NCBI GenBank assembly: GCA_963663855.1 | Contig: OY760646.1 | Coordinates: forward strand, 1,076,257 to 1,140,256 | Source: Methanomassiliicoccaceae archaeon | Lineage (GTDB): Archaea > Thermoplasmatota > Thermoplasmata > Methanomassiliicoccales > Methanomassiliicoccaceae | Direction of reading: 5' to 3' | DNA length: 64,000 bases | In this document: positions 50,924 to 60,832 of the stretch, piece after piece | How the letters are laid out: each line of letters opens with the position of its first letter | How positions within the stretch are numbered: position 1 is the stretch's first letter | Notes under the pieces: model-generated | What the model saw: only the letters and a program-made list of their open reading frames with translations | Told to the model about the DNA's origin: nothing | Databases searched by the model: none | Program-made: the position numbers and the translations under genes

Positions 50924-51988
50924 ATGGACGAGGGCGATTTCACCAAGGCTCGCTCGATCCTTTTTCCGAGGAATGTGCTGGCGGGCCATGGCGTGCTGGG
51001 ACAGGTACCTGAGGTCTGCAGGGACTTCGGGCTCACGGGCAGCGCCCTCATCGTCACCGGCTCCAAGACCAAGAACGTGGCCGCCAGCATCGTCACCGAC
51101 CGGATGACGGAGAACGGCTACGAGGTGCAGACCGCCGTGGTGGGAGAGGCTACCCAGGACAACCTCGACAAGGTGGAGGCCATCGGCCGGGAGTGCCGCA
51201 CCAACTTCATCCTCGGAGTAGGCGGAGGAAGCAAGATCGACCTCGCCAAGATGGCGGCCAAGAACCTGGGGCAGGAGTGGATCTCCATCCCCACCTCCGC
51301 GTCCCATGACGGCATCGCCTCCGGACGGGCTTCCATCAAGAACGAGAGCGGTCCCCTGTCCTTGGACGCCAAGGTCCCGCTGGGCGTGGTGGCGGACACC
51401 GCCATCATCGTGCAGGCACCGTACCGATTGCTGGCCGCGGGGTGCGCGGACGTCATCTCCAACTCCACCGCGGTGAAGGACTGGGAGTACGCCAAGCGGC
51501 TGCGGGGAGAGGAGTTCTCCCGCTCCGCCTTCTCCCTCGCGCTGTACACCGCGGAGACCATCATCGACAACGCGGACCTGATCAAGCCCAACCTCGAGGA
51601 GAGCGTGTGGGTGGCGATAAGGCCGATCATTATATCCGGCGTGTCCATGGCCGTGGCAGGGTCCTCGAGACCCACCAGCGGGTCGGAGCACATGTTCTCC
51701 CACGCCCTGGACATGATCGCTCCAGGCAAGGCATTGCATGGGGAGCAGTGCGGGGTGGGGTCCATCATGATGATGTACCTCCACGGCGGCGACTGGTCCC
51801 GCATCCGCGAGGCCTTGGCCAAGATCGGCGCACCGACCTCGGCGCAGGAGCTGGGGATCACCGAGGACCAGGTCATCGAGGCGCTCATCAACGCGCACAA
51901 GGTGCGCAGCAGGTTCACTATACTGGGCCATGTCGGCCTTACTCACGAGGCCGCCGAGAGGCTGGCCACTATCACCAAGGTCATTTGA
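50924..51988 (+). CDS. egsA: glycerol-1-phosphate dehydrogenase [NAD(P)+] (archaeal lipid-backbone enzyme)
   Basis: 354 aa with G1PDH/AraM-type iron-dependent alcohol-dehydrogenase-fold motifs (GVGGGSKIDLAK, SHDGIASGRAS, GSEHMFSHAL, HGEQCG). Confidence 0.8.
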   Translation: MDEGDFTKARSILFPRNVLAGHGVLGQVPEVCRDFGLTGSALIVTGSKTKNVAASIVTDRMTENGYEVQTAVVGEATQDNLDKVEAIGRECRTNFILGVGGGSKIDLAKMAAKNLGQEWISIPTSASHDGIASGRASIKNESGPLSLDAKVPLGVVADTAIIVQAPYRLLAAGCADVISNSTAVKDWEYAKRLRGEEFSRSAFSLALYTAETIIDNADLIKPNLEESVWVAIRPIIISGVSMAVAGSSRPTSGSEHMFSHALDMIAPGKALHGEQCGVGSIMMMYLHGGDWSRIREALAKIGAPTSAQELGITEDQVIEALINAHKVRSRFTILGHVGLTHEAAERLATITKVI

Positions 51989-52001
51989 AGGAGGTTCAGC
52001 G

Positions 52002-52427
52002 ATGGTCGTTATCACTCTGATAGGAGAGCACCTGGCCCAGGAGGGCGGCGAGTTCGTGTACCGGGGACCGCTCACCGAGTGCCGGGACTGCAAGCTCAAG
52101 GGCGTGTGCTTCAACCTGGACACCGGCGGGCTGTACCGCATCAAGGCGGTGCGCAACGTGAAGCACCTCTGCCGCATCCATGAGGAAGGGGTGAGAGTGG
52201 TGGAGGTGCAGAAGCTGCAGCGGCGGTGCGCCCTGCCGCAGAAGTACGCGCTGGAAGGCTCCACCTACACCTACGAGGGAATAAGGTGCAAGTCCCCGGG
52301 ATGCAAGAACTACCAGCTGTGCCATCCCACGGGCGTGGAGAAGAACATGAGGTTCCGCGTTTCCCGCGTGGACGAGGACCTCAAGTGCCCCGAGGGGCTG
52401 CGGCTCGTCGCCGTCACGCTGGATTGA
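52002..52427 (+). CDS. Cys-rich conserved archaeal protein, UPF0179-like
   Basis: GGAGGT SD 7 nt before the ATG. MVVITLIGEHLAQEGGEFVYRGPLTECRDCKLKGVCFNLDTGGLYRIKAVR...CPEG fits my recollection of the UPF0179 family, which is archaeal, about 140 aa, and often sits next to egsA. Family assignment is from memory only. Confidence 0.5.
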   Translation: MVVITLIGEHLAQEGGEFVYRGPLTECRDCKLKGVCFNLDTGGLYRIKAVRNVKHLCRIHEEGVRVVEVQKLQRRCALPQKYALEGSTYTYEGIRCKSPGCKNYQLCHPTGVEKNMRFRVSRVDEDLKCPEGLRLVAVTLD

Positions 52428-52480
52428 GCTCACCTCTCCCGGCGGGGCCGGGGAGGTAAAAAAAATAGGTTTTTACGCTG

Positions 52481-53386
52481 TCACCGGAAGCTCTCGCCGG
52501 TGAGGCGCTCGAACATCTCGATGTACAGGTCGCTCACCTTCTTGACCTCCGACCCAGGCAGCGGAGGTATGTCCGGTTCCTCCACCTTGGCCTTCCGGGC
52601 CGCGGTGAGCTGATCGTAGTATCCGGTGGAGCGGTAGTACTGGCGGACCGCCTCCTTGGACAGCTCCAGGCACTCACCGCTGGCGTAGGCGTCCTCGTCC
52701 CACCACCGGTCCTCGTCCGCGGTGCCGAAGGTGTCAATGAGCATCAGCCTGCGGTGCTCGTCGAAGGCGAACTCCTTCTTGCCGTCCACGTGGATGAGCA
52801 TGCGCTCCTCCACCTCGGAGGCGATGAGGTCGTCGATCTTGGCCACCACCTCGAACATGTGGTCCATCTCCTCCTCCGACAGGCCGGAGATGGCCAGCGC
52901 CTCCTTGCGGTCGAGCAGCCGGTCCACCTTCTCCAGCTTGGTCGTGGTCTCGTAGAACGGCGTGGGGAGCTTCTCCCCGTACTTCACCTCATGGTCCCTG
53001 GGGAAGCCCAGGTCCTCGGCGCTGATCTCCTTGGCCCTGATGCGGTCCCACAGGGAGCCGGCCACGTAGCGCCGGGAGATGACCTCCAGGGGGATGAGGT
53101 AGTTGGTCGTGGCGCCGTTGATCTTGGAGTAGTCCGAGATCACGTCCACCCTCTTGACCCTCATGCGGTTCGGTGGCACCAGCTCGGTGAAGTGGGTCTT
53201 GACCCCCGCCTTGCGGCAGACCTGGAACCAGAAGGCCGCGCTGCGGCACAAGGACTCGCCCTTGAACGGTATCTGGGAAGGGATGGTCTTGTCGAATACG
53301 GAGATGTTATCGGTGAAGAGGAACTCTAGAGTGTTCTCGTCCACCTCGTAAACCTGTTTTACCTTGCCGGTCCTGACCAACTTCAT
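52481..53386 (-). CDS. purC: phosphoribosylaminoimidazole-succinocarboxamide synthase (SAICAR synthetase)
   Basis: GKVKQVYEVDENTLEFLFTDNISVFDK...IPLEVI(S)RRY..GS and the overall roughly 300-aa layout are typical of archaeal/eukaryotic-type PurC. Confidence 0.8.
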   Translation of the reverse strand: MKLVRTGKVKQVYEVDENTLEFLFTDNISVFDKTIPSQIPFKGESLCRSAAFWFQVCRKAGVKTHFTELVPPNRMRVKRVDVISDYSKINGATTNYLIPLEVISRRYVAGSLWDRIRAKEISAEDLGFPRDHEVKYGEKLPTPFYETTTKLEKVDRLLDRKEALAISGLSEEEMDHMFEVVAKIDDLIASEVEERMLIHVDGKKEFAFDEHRRLMLIDTFGTADEDRWWDEDAYASGECLELSKEAVRQYYRSTGYYDQLTAARKAKVEEPDIPPLPGSEVKKVSDLYIEMFERLTGESFR

Positions 53387-53510
53387 CTGGTCTCACTCCA
53401 GGCCGAAGTAACATGTAAGGGAATTTATAGTTAGTGTCTTGACGGCAATTCCCCGCCCCTGACCACGATTGCGGCGTGCGAGAAATGCGCAGCGCGAGCG
53501 AAGGTCCAGC

Positions 53511-54248
53511 TCAGCGGTGGAACATCCGGGCAAGGTCGCCCGCGGCAAGGAACAGGAACGCCTCGGCGTAGCCGTCCAGGGCCAGGCTGGCGGCACGATA
53601 GCTCGTCAGGCCTTGCGACACCCGCACGTAGTCGATCTCGCGCACCTGCGTCCAGTGGTCCCGTATGGCCGCCACCTTGCGCTCCATCACGTCGTTCACC
53701 GGTATGAGGAGGTTGGGCATGGTGGGGTTCCATATCTCGTAGAGGATGGCATCAGGGTTGGCGTTAAGTGGCTCCACCGCGGCGAGGAAGGCCTGGAAGG
53801 TCCGGAGATGCTGATCGTGGTTCTCCAGCGGCGAGGGGGCGAACACCGCATCCGGCTTGTAGGCCTCGATCTCCCTGACGATGATGTCGGTGGCCTCCTG
53901 CAGCGTGGGGAACGATGACTCGCGGAGGCTGAAGTCCCTGATGCCCAAGTGGTCTAGAGCGGCGTGGATCTCCTTGCGACGCTCGTCCGGCGTGAAGTCC
54001 CCGGTCTGCATGGAGAGGTACACCACCCGCACTTCTTTCCCTGCCCCCAGCAGCTTGGCGATGGTGCCCCCGCACCCCACGGTATCGTCGTCTGGATGCG
54101 GAGCGAGGACCAGGAACCTCTGCCCGGGCGGAAGGTCCATGACCTTGGGGCTCCACTGGGTGCCCTCCAGGCGGCCCGGCACGGAGAAACGGTTGCGCAG
54201 CTTCTCGGCGATGAACCTCAGTTCCAACTTCGCTTCCTGATACCCCAT
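53511..54248 (-). CDS. PIG-L/LmbE family N-acetylglucosaminyl deacetylase
   Basis: LVLAPHPDDDTVGCGGTIAKL...FAPSPLENHDQH is the LmbE zinc-binding signature. ATG at 54248 (TTG alternative at 54254). Confidence 0.75.
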   Translation of the reverse strand: MGYQEAKLELRFIAEKLRNRFSVPGRLEGTQWSPKVMDLPPGQRFLVLAPHPDDDTVGCGGTIAKLLGAGKEVRVVYLSMQTGDFTPDERRKEIHAALDHLGIRDFSLRESSFPTLQEATDIIVREIEAYKPDAVFAPSPLENHDQHLRTFQAFLAAVEPLNANPDAILYEIWNPTMPNLLIPVNDVMERKVAAIRDHWTQVREIDYVRVSQGLTSYRAASLALDGYAEAFLFLAAGDLARMFHR

Positions 54249-54294
54249 GGACAATCTTGATTACCATTCACTAAATTAACCCACTGTCCTGATT

Positions 54295-55332
54295 ATGAAG
54301 GTCGCTGTCCTGTCCTACCACGGCTTCGAGCGGGTCAAGGGGGGCACCGAGCTGTTCACCGAGCAGCTCCGCCTGGCCTTCCCGGACCTGGTGACGGTGA
54401 CGTTCGATGATAGCGGACGACGCACGGTCCCCGCCCTCGACCGGGTGAACCTCCAGGAGGCGTGGATGGGCGCGACGGTGGGCCGCCGCTTCCACGAGGT
54501 GGTCAGGGAGCAGGACCTCGACCTGGTGCTTTGCAACTCCACCGCCGGCTGGTGGCTCTCCCTTTTCCGTCCGGAGGTGCCGATGGCCAACGTGTTCCAC
54601 TACACCTCCATCGGCTTTGCCGAGGGTACGCTGATGGGAACTCCCGGGTACCTGCCGACGCGGTACATGATGCCCTTCCTGGAGAAGCTCACGTCCATGG
54701 CCAAGACCAACGTGGCGGTGAGCCCCAAGGTGCAGCGGGAGCTGGAACAGCGCTACGGGATACGGTCCGAGGTCATCGTGAACGGGATCGACGAGAAGGA
54801 GTTCCGTCCCCGCGACCGGCGCCAAGCGAGGGAGGAGCTGGGCATCGAGCACGAGGGACCGCTGGCCATCTTCGTGGGGCGGGCCGACCACACCAAGGGG
54901 TTCGACCTGGTGCGGGAGATCGCCTCCCGCCGCGATGACCTCCGGGTGCTGTGCGTCACCTCCTCGTCGGTGGAGGGCAAGAACCTCATCGTCCGCCAGA
55001 ACGTGCCTCACGAGCTCATGCCCCTGCACTACGCCGCGGCCGACCTGATGCTCTTCCCCACGCACTACGAGGCGTGCAGCTACTCCCCCTTTGAGGCCAT
55101 GGCCTGCGATGTGCCCATGGTGACCTCGCGCACCGGCATCTTCGAGGACCTCCAGGACGAGAGGTGCGGAGAGGTGGTCCCCACCTTCAGCGCCGACGAC
55201 TACCTCGCGGCGATGGACCGGGTGCTGGCATCGGACCTGCACCCCCGGGCGGTGGTGGTGGAGCGGTTCACTCAGGAGAGGTTCGTGCAGCAGTACCGGG
55301 ACCTTGCCCAGCGCTTGGTGGCCGAGCGGTAG
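54295..55332 (+). CDS. glycosyltransferase family 4 (GT-B, retaining)
   Basis: The C-terminal half carries the GT4 E-x7-E-type region (FPTHYEACSYSPFEAMACDVPMVTSRTGIFEDL). Confidence 0.75.
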   Translation: MKVAVLSYHGFERVKGGTELFTEQLRLAFPDLVTVTFDDSGRRTVPALDRVNLQEAWMGATVGRRFHEVVREQDLDLVLCNSTAGWWLSLFRPEVPMANVFHYTSIGFAEGTLMGTPGYLPTRYMMPFLEKLTSMAKTNVAVSPKVQRELEQRYGIRSEVIVNGIDEKEFRPRDRRQAREELGIEHEGPLAIFVGRADHTKGFDLVREIASRRDDLRVLCVTSSSVEGKNLIVRQNVPHELMPLHYAAADLMLFPTHYEACSYSPFEAMACDVPMVTSRTGIFEDLQDERCGEVVPTFSADDYLAAMDRVLASDLHPRAVVVERFTQERFVQQYRDLAQRLVAER

Positions 55333-55398
55333 CGTCCAGTCTTCCCTTTAAAGGGGGCGTCTCGGTCCGGGGCAATAAGACCATGAAAGAAAAGAAGA

Positions 55399-56391
55399 TC
55401 AGGTCCGGCGGGCCCTGCCGCCGTCCTTCCAGCCCTTGAACAGGCCGTACATCTCGGAGATCGCGCCCACGAGCACGAAGAAGCGGGGCATGTTCCCGGT
55501 GTCGGAGGCCGCTTCCTTCTTGACCCCCTCCCCTCGCGGAGCTCTGCTGGTGAAGAAGCCCAGGAAGCGGGTTCCGAGGAAGTCGGCGAACCGGACCTGC
55601 GTGAAGTGCTTCCTCACCAGGTAGGAGTTGTTCCTCCCCCACAGGTACCGCAGGCGGAGGTACCACTTCACCCGGTCCCGTCGGTAGGAGCCCTCGCACC
55701 ACGCGTGCCATACCAGCGCCCCCTCGTCGTACAGTATCTTGTGTCCGGCGCCCAGGACGGCGAGGCAGGCATCGGTCTCGTCCTGGTGGAACTTGAAGTA
55801 GGGGTCGAAGCCGCCCACGCCGGCCAGGGCGGTACGGCGGAAGGACATGTTGCAGCCCACCATCACCTGGCTCAGGCCCTCGATGCTCTCTCCCTTGGAC
55901 TGGTCGAACCACTGGCCGTCCGGGGCCACGACGTTCCGGCCCATGGCCGGGCGGCCCTCGGCATCGTACACCGGCCCGCCCGCTCCCCCTACCCGGGGAT
56001 CTTCGTACAGCGGGAGGAGGGAGGCGAGCCAGCCGGGCTGGGCGATGGCATCGTCATCGATGTAGCACACGATGTCTCCCCTGGCCTGGGCCAGGCCGAG
56101 GTTCCTGGCCGCAGATATGCCGTCGAGCTTGGCCTGCCTCACCAGGGTTATGCTGCCCTGCTTCTCCAGCAGCTCCAGCATCTCCCTGGTGCCATCGGTG
56201 GAGGGGCCGTCCACCACCATGATCTCGTCCGGGCGGGGGACCTGTTGCTCCAGCGCGTGGAGGCACTTGGACAGCCACTGCACGCGGTTGAAGGTGCATA
56301 CGATGGCCGTGGCGGTCAGCTTCCCGTCCTTTCCCTCGACCTTGGTGCCCTGCACGACCGTCCCGGTGATGTCCTTCTCGCCCTCGCTCAA
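55399..56391 (-). CDS. glycosyltransferase family 2 (GT-A)
   Basis: TAIVCTFNR...DEIMVVDGPSTDGT...CYIDDDA...GGFDP are DxD/GT2 signatures. The start is probably the TTG at 56391, with a GAGGG SD-like site. Confidence 0.75.
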   Translation of the reverse strand: MSEGEKDITGTVVQGTKVEGKDGKLTATAIVCTFNRVQWLSKCLHALEQQVPRPDEIMVVDGPSTDGTREMLELLEKQGSITLVRQAKLDGISAARNLGLAQARGDIVCYIDDDAIAQPGWLASLLPLYEDPRVGGAGGPVYDAEGRPAMGRNVVAPDGQWFDQSKGESIEGLSQVMVGCNMSFRRTALAGVGGFDPYFKFHQDETDACLAVLGAGHKILYDEGALVWHAWCEGSYRRDRVKWYLRLRYLWGRNNSYLVRKHFTQVRFADFLGTRFLGFFTSRAPRGEGVKKEAASDTGNMPRFFVLVGAISEMYGLFKGWKDGGRARRT

Positions 56392-56530
56392 CGCTTTCCC
56401 TCGCCGAGCCTTTTATTGACTTAATAACATAATAAACTTGCGTGCCCGTTCCATGGAGAGACGTTCATGTCCATGGCCCTCGGCGCGAGCATGGGATCTG
56501 TCCCCGGGAGCGCCCCGAGCCTTGATCAGG

Positions 56531-57337
56531 TCAGCTGCCCACGCCCATCAGGAGCAAGGCCACCACCATCCAGGTGTCGGTCAGGGCATGCACCGTGCCC
56601 ACGTACATGAGGCTGTGGTAGCGCAGGTACAGAACCCCCATGATGATGCCCAGGAAGAGGGCGAAGAGGGCGTACGGCAGCGAACCCCAGAACAGCATGA
56701 ACGATGCACCCAGGCAGGCGGAGAACAGCACCGCCCTCCACCGGCCCAGCAGGGGCACGGCCGAGCGCAGGATTATCCCGCGGAACACCGCCTCCTCCAA
56801 ATAACCCCACACCGCGAGCAGGGGGACCATCATGAGGGTCGCCCGCCCGATGTGAAAGCTCTCGAAGAAGCGCAGGCCCAGGAACAGCGCCTCCAGCATA
56901 GCCAGCACCAGTGGTATGAGCAAAACGGCCATCACCGTGCGGAGCAGCAGCGGACGGGGCCGCAGCGCGGGCAGGTGGACGACGCGGTACTGTACTAGCG
57001 TGACCCCGGCCACCACCGCCAGCAGGGCGGCCTCCTGGAACGGCGTCCCGAACATGTCGGGCAGCAGCACCGTCACCAGCGCCAGGAGCTGCACTAGGAC
57101 CACCGAGGAGGCCACCAAGGCGACCTCTCTCTGCTCCACGAACAGCGCCATGGCGAGCGAGGACAAAAGACCGGACACCAGCAGTATGAGCGCGGCCAGC
57201 ACCGCGGTGTCAGTTCCCAGAAGGCGGTAGACGTAGATGGCGCCGCAGCCCAGGACGAAGGGCGTGCTCATGAGGGTGAGCACCGGCCACCGGACCTCCG
57301 CCTGCACCTGCGCGGCCGAGCACGTGGTGGACGTCAT
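56531..57337 (-). CDS. CPBP (CAAX protease / Abi) family intramembrane metalloprotease
   Basis: EEAVFRGIILRSAVPL (EExxxR), FSACLGASFMLFWGS (FxxxH-like region) and HALTDTW, on a polytopic hydrophobic scaffold. ATG at 57337. Confidence 0.7.
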   Translation of the reverse strand: MTSTTCSAAQVQAEVRWPVLTLMSTPFVLGCGAIYVYRLLGTDTAVLAALILLVSGLLSSLAMALFVEQREVALVASSVVLVQLLALVTVLLPDMFGTPFQEAALLAVVAGVTLVQYRVVHLPALRPRPLLLRTVMAVLLIPLVLAMLEALFLGLRFFESFHIGRATLMMVPLLAVWGYLEEAVFRGIILRSAVPLLGRWRAVLFSACLGASFMLFWGSLPYALFALFLGIIMGVLYLRYHSLMYVGTVHALTDTWMVVALLLMGVGS

Positions 57338-57338
57338 A

Positions 57339-57530
57339 CTACAGGCCCTCCAGGACAAGGACGATGATCATCGCCGATACGACCCCCAGGCCCAGCATGG
57401 ACGATGCTGCCAGGTTCCGCCTACGGCGGTCGAGGGCCACCAGCATGATGATGCCGGCGAGGCTCAGGACGCAGATGGCCAGGGTCGCCAGCAAGAAGCC
57501 GGGACCGAGGTCCAGAGGCGGTACGATCAC
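57339..57530 (-). CDS. small two-TM membrane protein (63 aa, GTG start), hypothetical
   Basis: Hydrophobic ORF wedged between the DUF1616-like gene and the CPBP gene. Its stop lies 1 nt before the CPBP ATG. No ATG at the N-terminus. Confidence 0.3.
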   Translation of the reverse strand: MIVPPLDLGPGFLLATLAICVLSLAGIIMLVALDRRRRNLAASSMLGLGVVSAMIIVLVLEGL

Positions 57531-57535
57531 CGCCG

Positions 57536-58483
57536 CTAGGTTATCGTCAATGGAAGCCAGTTGCTCCTCACCCCCACGCCATCGTCAAGGGTCAGGTGCA
57601 ACGTCTGGTTCCCCGTGGCCAGCACAACGAAGGAGAGGTCCTGCCGCCACGTGTGCCCAGGCTCCAGCTGGAACTGGTAGGACCTCCCCTGTTCGGGGGA
57701 GACCTCCACCGTTTCCGAGGGCACGAAGGCCGACGTGCTGTCAGGACCTTGTTCGAGGGAGAGCATGAGGTTGAACGTCTCGGTGGTGCTGAGGTGCGAG
57801 GTCACGGTCACGGTGATGAGCCCCGCCTGCCCCCAAGCCAGGACGCTGGGTAGGCTGGACATGTCGCCGTCCACCCCCGCGATGTACAGCTCCGAGTACT
57901 CCTCCGCCGCGGGCCGGGCGCCCATGCCTTGCACGGTCAGCACCAGCGCGGCCACCACGGCCAAGGCGATCAGGCCGGACACCACCTTCTCGCCGGACGA
58001 GAGCTTCCTCCCCTCCTTTCGAGGTGTGCGGTACAGCACGAACTGTTCCTCCGCCGGGGTACGCACCCGGCGGACGACCGCGAACCAGGACCCCACGCCG
58101 GTGATGATCAAGGCCTCGAGAGCCACCACCCACACGGTGTAGTCCAGGATGCCGCGCGTCACCACCGTGCCGGCCAGGGCCATGGCCCCGGACCCCAGAG
58201 CCACGCTCAGGACGATGCGCTCCATGAGGGATATGGTCATGGACCGCTCGTCCCGGCGGGCGGTGAAGGACGGCGCGATGATGGCCCTTCGGCCGGGGAA
58301 CAACGCGGACACGATGGCGTACCCGGGGGCGAAGAACACCGCCAGGAAGCCCATGGTCCACCTTACCGGGCCCTGCACGTCGAGAAAGGCCAGAAGGACC
58401 GAGACGAGGACGATCGCACAGACCGCCACCAGGTCATATGGCTTACCCGGTCCCACGTATAGCTTAACCGCTCTCCCTGCCAT
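57536..58483 (-). CDS. DUF1616-like archaeal membrane protein (N-terminal TM helices + C-terminal extracytoplasmic beta-rich domain)
   Basis: ATG at 58483. Three or four TM helices; Y..RTPRKEG linker; a C-terminal roughly 120-aa domain (SELYIAGVDGDMSSLPSVLAWGQAGLITVTVTSHLSTTETFNLMLSLEQG...). This layout and its position inside a glycosyltransferase locus match DUF1616 as I recall it. Confidence 0.45.
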   Translation of the reverse strand: MAGRAVKLYVGPGKPYDLVAVCAIVLVSVLLAFLDVQGPVRWTMGFLAVFFAPGYAIVSALFPGRRAIIAPSFTARRDERSMTISLMERIVLSVALGSGAMALAGTVVTRGILDYTVWVVALEALIITGVGSWFAVVRRVRTPAEEQFVLYRTPRKEGRKLSSGEKVVSGLIALAVVAALVLTVQGMGARPAAEEYSELYIAGVDGDMSSLPSVLAWGQAGLITVTVTSHLSTTETFNLMLSLEQGPDSTSAFVPSETVEVSPEQGRSYQFQLEPGHTWRQDLSFVVLATGNQTLHLTLDDGVGVRSNWLPLTIT

Positions 58484-58529
58484 ATGACGACCCTTTTGCT
58501 GCTGCACACCTTTGCAACTTTACGTTCAT

Positions 58530-59642
58530 CTACTTATCGGTCCCCCGCAGGGCGGAAATGCGGTCCCGGAGGCGGGGCCCCACCACCTCCCAGCTGTAAT
58601 TCTCGCTCACCAGGTTCAGACCACTGGCTCCCAGCGCATCCCCCCGCGGGGGATCCCTTAACAGGGCTATCACCTGAGCGGCGAAGTCCTCCCGGTTCCT
58701 TCCCACTATGCAGTTCGTGCCGTGCTCCAGTTCCGGTATGCCCTCCAGCGCCAGGGGGCTGACCACCGTGGGGCGGCCCACCGACAGCATGTCGATCACC
58801 TTGGTGAGTATGCCCACCCCCTTCCACATGGGGGCCACGCACACGTCGGCCGCGGACAGCCATAGGTACAGGTCAGGGACGAAGCCCAGCATGGTCACCC
58901 CCGGGGGAACGTCCTCGCCCAGCGTCCCCGTCCCGGCGATGTAGAGCCCGGTCCCCGGGACCTCCGCCGCCACCCGGGGGTACATCTGCCTGACGAGGTA
59001 CAGCGCGGCATCGAGGTTGGGCATGTACTTCAGCGTGCCGAAGAACAGCACCACCCTCGTACCATCCCTGATCCCCAGCTCCCGACGGGCCTCCTCCCTG
59101 GTCCGGCTCCGGGGGCGCACCAGGGCCATGTCCGCGCAGGTCGGCACCACCTCGAAGCGAGCGGTGTCAAAGCCCAAGGAGCGGTACGCCTCGATCTCCT
59201 TCTGCGACACCACCAGCACCACCGTCGACAGGTTCACCAGTACGTGCTCCAGCAGCAGGTTTCCGTGCAGGAAGAGGCTGGACTTGCCCAGGGTGGCGGA
59301 GAAGTCCTTAATGTTCCCGTGGTTGTCCCACACCATGGGCACGCCCAGCATGCGGGCGGCGAGTCCACCGGCCAACGAGTAGTACGTACCCTCGGCGAAG
59401 ACCGCCTCGACCCGCTCCCTCCTACCCGTCCGCAGGACGGTCCACGTGAGGGCCGCCTCGTTGATCACGAATGTCACATAGCGGAAGAAGCGGTTGCGTG
59501 ACTGGTCGAAGGTCATATTGTCCCACACGGTGGTGGGGATGGGCACCACCTCGAACCACTGCGACAGCAGGTGCAGCAGCTTGGGGGTCCTCTCCGAGCT
59601 GGTGGGGTCCACCTTCACCTGAGGGACGAAGGCGATCCTCAT
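58530..59642 (-). CDS. glycosyltransferase family 4
   Basis: GT-B layout with a C-terminal nucleotide-sugar-binding half (GTGTLGEDVP...VCVAPMWKGVGILTKVIDMLSVGRPTVVSP). Its start overlaps the upstream gene stop (ATGA at 59639..59642). Confidence 0.7.
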   Translation of the reverse strand: MRIAFVPQVKVDPTSSERTPKLLHLLSQWFEVVPIPTTVWDNMTFDQSRNRFFRYVTFVINEAALTWTVLRTGRRERVEAVFAEGTYYSLAGGLAARMLGVPMVWDNHGNIKDFSATLGKSSLFLHGNLLLEHVLVNLSTVVLVVSQKEIEAYRSLGFDTARFEVVPTCADMALVRPRSRTREEARRELGIRDGTRVVLFFGTLKYMPNLDAALYLVRQMYPRVAAEVPGTGLYIAGTGTLGEDVPPGVTMLGFVPDLYLWLSAADVCVAPMWKGVGILTKVIDMLSVGRPTVVSPLALEGIPELEHGTNCIVGRNREDFAAQVIALLRDPPRGDALGASGLNLVSENYSWEVVGPRLRDRISALRGTDK

Positions 59643-60832
59643 GCCGTCCCTCCATCGTAGATGTGCAGCAGCCTCTCTGCCCCCACGTCGAAGCTGAAGT
59701 CCTCCAGGGCCAGCTCCCGGGCCCGGGCCCCCTTATGGTCCAGCTCGCCGGTGTCACGGAGCAGCGCGCGCAGCTCCTCCGCCATCCTCTCCGGTTCCGG
59801 GGAGAGCATGGAGCCGGCACCCTGGTCCACGATGTCGCTCCTCAGGCCCCGGGCGAAGGAGGTGGCGATAGGGACGCCGCAGGCGATGGACTCGATGGCC
59901 GTGAAGGGGAACAGGTCCGTTCGCGAGGCCACCAGCAGGAGGTCGGCGCAGTTGTACAGCGCCGCCATGCCGTCCTGGTCCAGCCGGTCGGTCATTACCC
60001 GGACGTTGTCGTCCAGGCCGGAGGAGCGCACCAGCTCCCGCAGCTCCGTCTCCTGCGGGCCCGTGCCTTTCAGTATCAACAGGCAGTCGGGGTCCCCTGC
60101 CCGCAGGGCGGAGACGGCCCGGACCATGAGGTCCATCCCCTTGTTGGGGTGCATGCGGCCGATGGACAGGAGCACGTTCCGGCCGTCCTCTATGCCGAAG
60201 CGGGCGCGGGAGTCCTCCTTGTTGAGCGGCCGGTAGGCGTTGGTGTCCACTCCGGAGTGGACCACGGGTGCGATTAGGCTCTCCGCGACCCCGGCGCCGC
60301 GGAGGTGCTGGGCCGCCGAGCGGGACCGCGGGATGATGGAGCGGCAGCCCTTCGCCACCGCCCGGCCCAGCGTCCGGTAGTACTGCCTCTGCAGCCACCC
60401 CATGGGCCCCTGCATATAGATGTCCAGCTCCTGCCAGATGAACATGTCCGGCCCGTCATCACGGGTGGCCGCCCAGGTGAGGTACGTTCCCGGCTGGAAC
60501 AGCTCCCCCGACTGCACCACGTCCAGACGTTCCTTGGCGATGTCATCGCGCAGCGATGGCGTCAGCGGTGCCAGGGAGGGAGGGAACATCCATGGCAGGC
60601 GGGTGGGCAGGTAGTCGACCCGCACCCCTCCCCGGTCCCCCGTGCGCTCCGGACGGTAGGTGTCGGCCACGAAGATGGTGACCTCGTTCCCCCGCCGGAC
60701 CAGCCTGCGCCCCGTTTCCACGATGTTGAGGTCCTGGTCCGTTCCTGGCCTCAGGCCCTGGGTGCGCATCACGCTGGCATCGGACCGCACGTCGGCGGTC
60801 TTGGTTATCAGGTTGACTATCCCGATCCTCAT
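59639..60832 (-). CDS. glycosyltransferase family 4
   Basis: MRIGIVNL...GNEVTIFVADTY and a C-terminal ADLLLVASRTDLFPFTAIESIACGVPIATS E/FP motif region. ATG at 60832, overlapping the upstream stop (ATGA). Confidence 0.75.
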   Translation of the reverse strand: MRIGIVNLITKTADVRSDASVMRTQGLRPGTDQDLNIVETGRRLVRRGNEVTIFVADTYRPERTGDRGGVRVDYLPTRLPWMFPPSLAPLTPSLRDDIAKERLDVVQSGELFQPGTYLTWAATRDDGPDMFIWQELDIYMQGPMGWLQRQYYRTLGRAVAKGCRSIIPRSRSAAQHLRGAGVAESLIAPVVHSGVDTNAYRPLNKEDSRARFGIEDGRNVLLSIGRMHPNKGMDLMVRAVSALRAGDPDCLLILKGTGPQETELRELVRSSGLDDNVRVMTDRLDQDGMAALYNCADLLLVASRTDLFPFTAIESIACGVPIATSFARGLRSDIVDQGAGSMLSPEPERMAEELRALLRDTGELDHKGARARELALEDFSFDVGAERLLHIYDGGTA

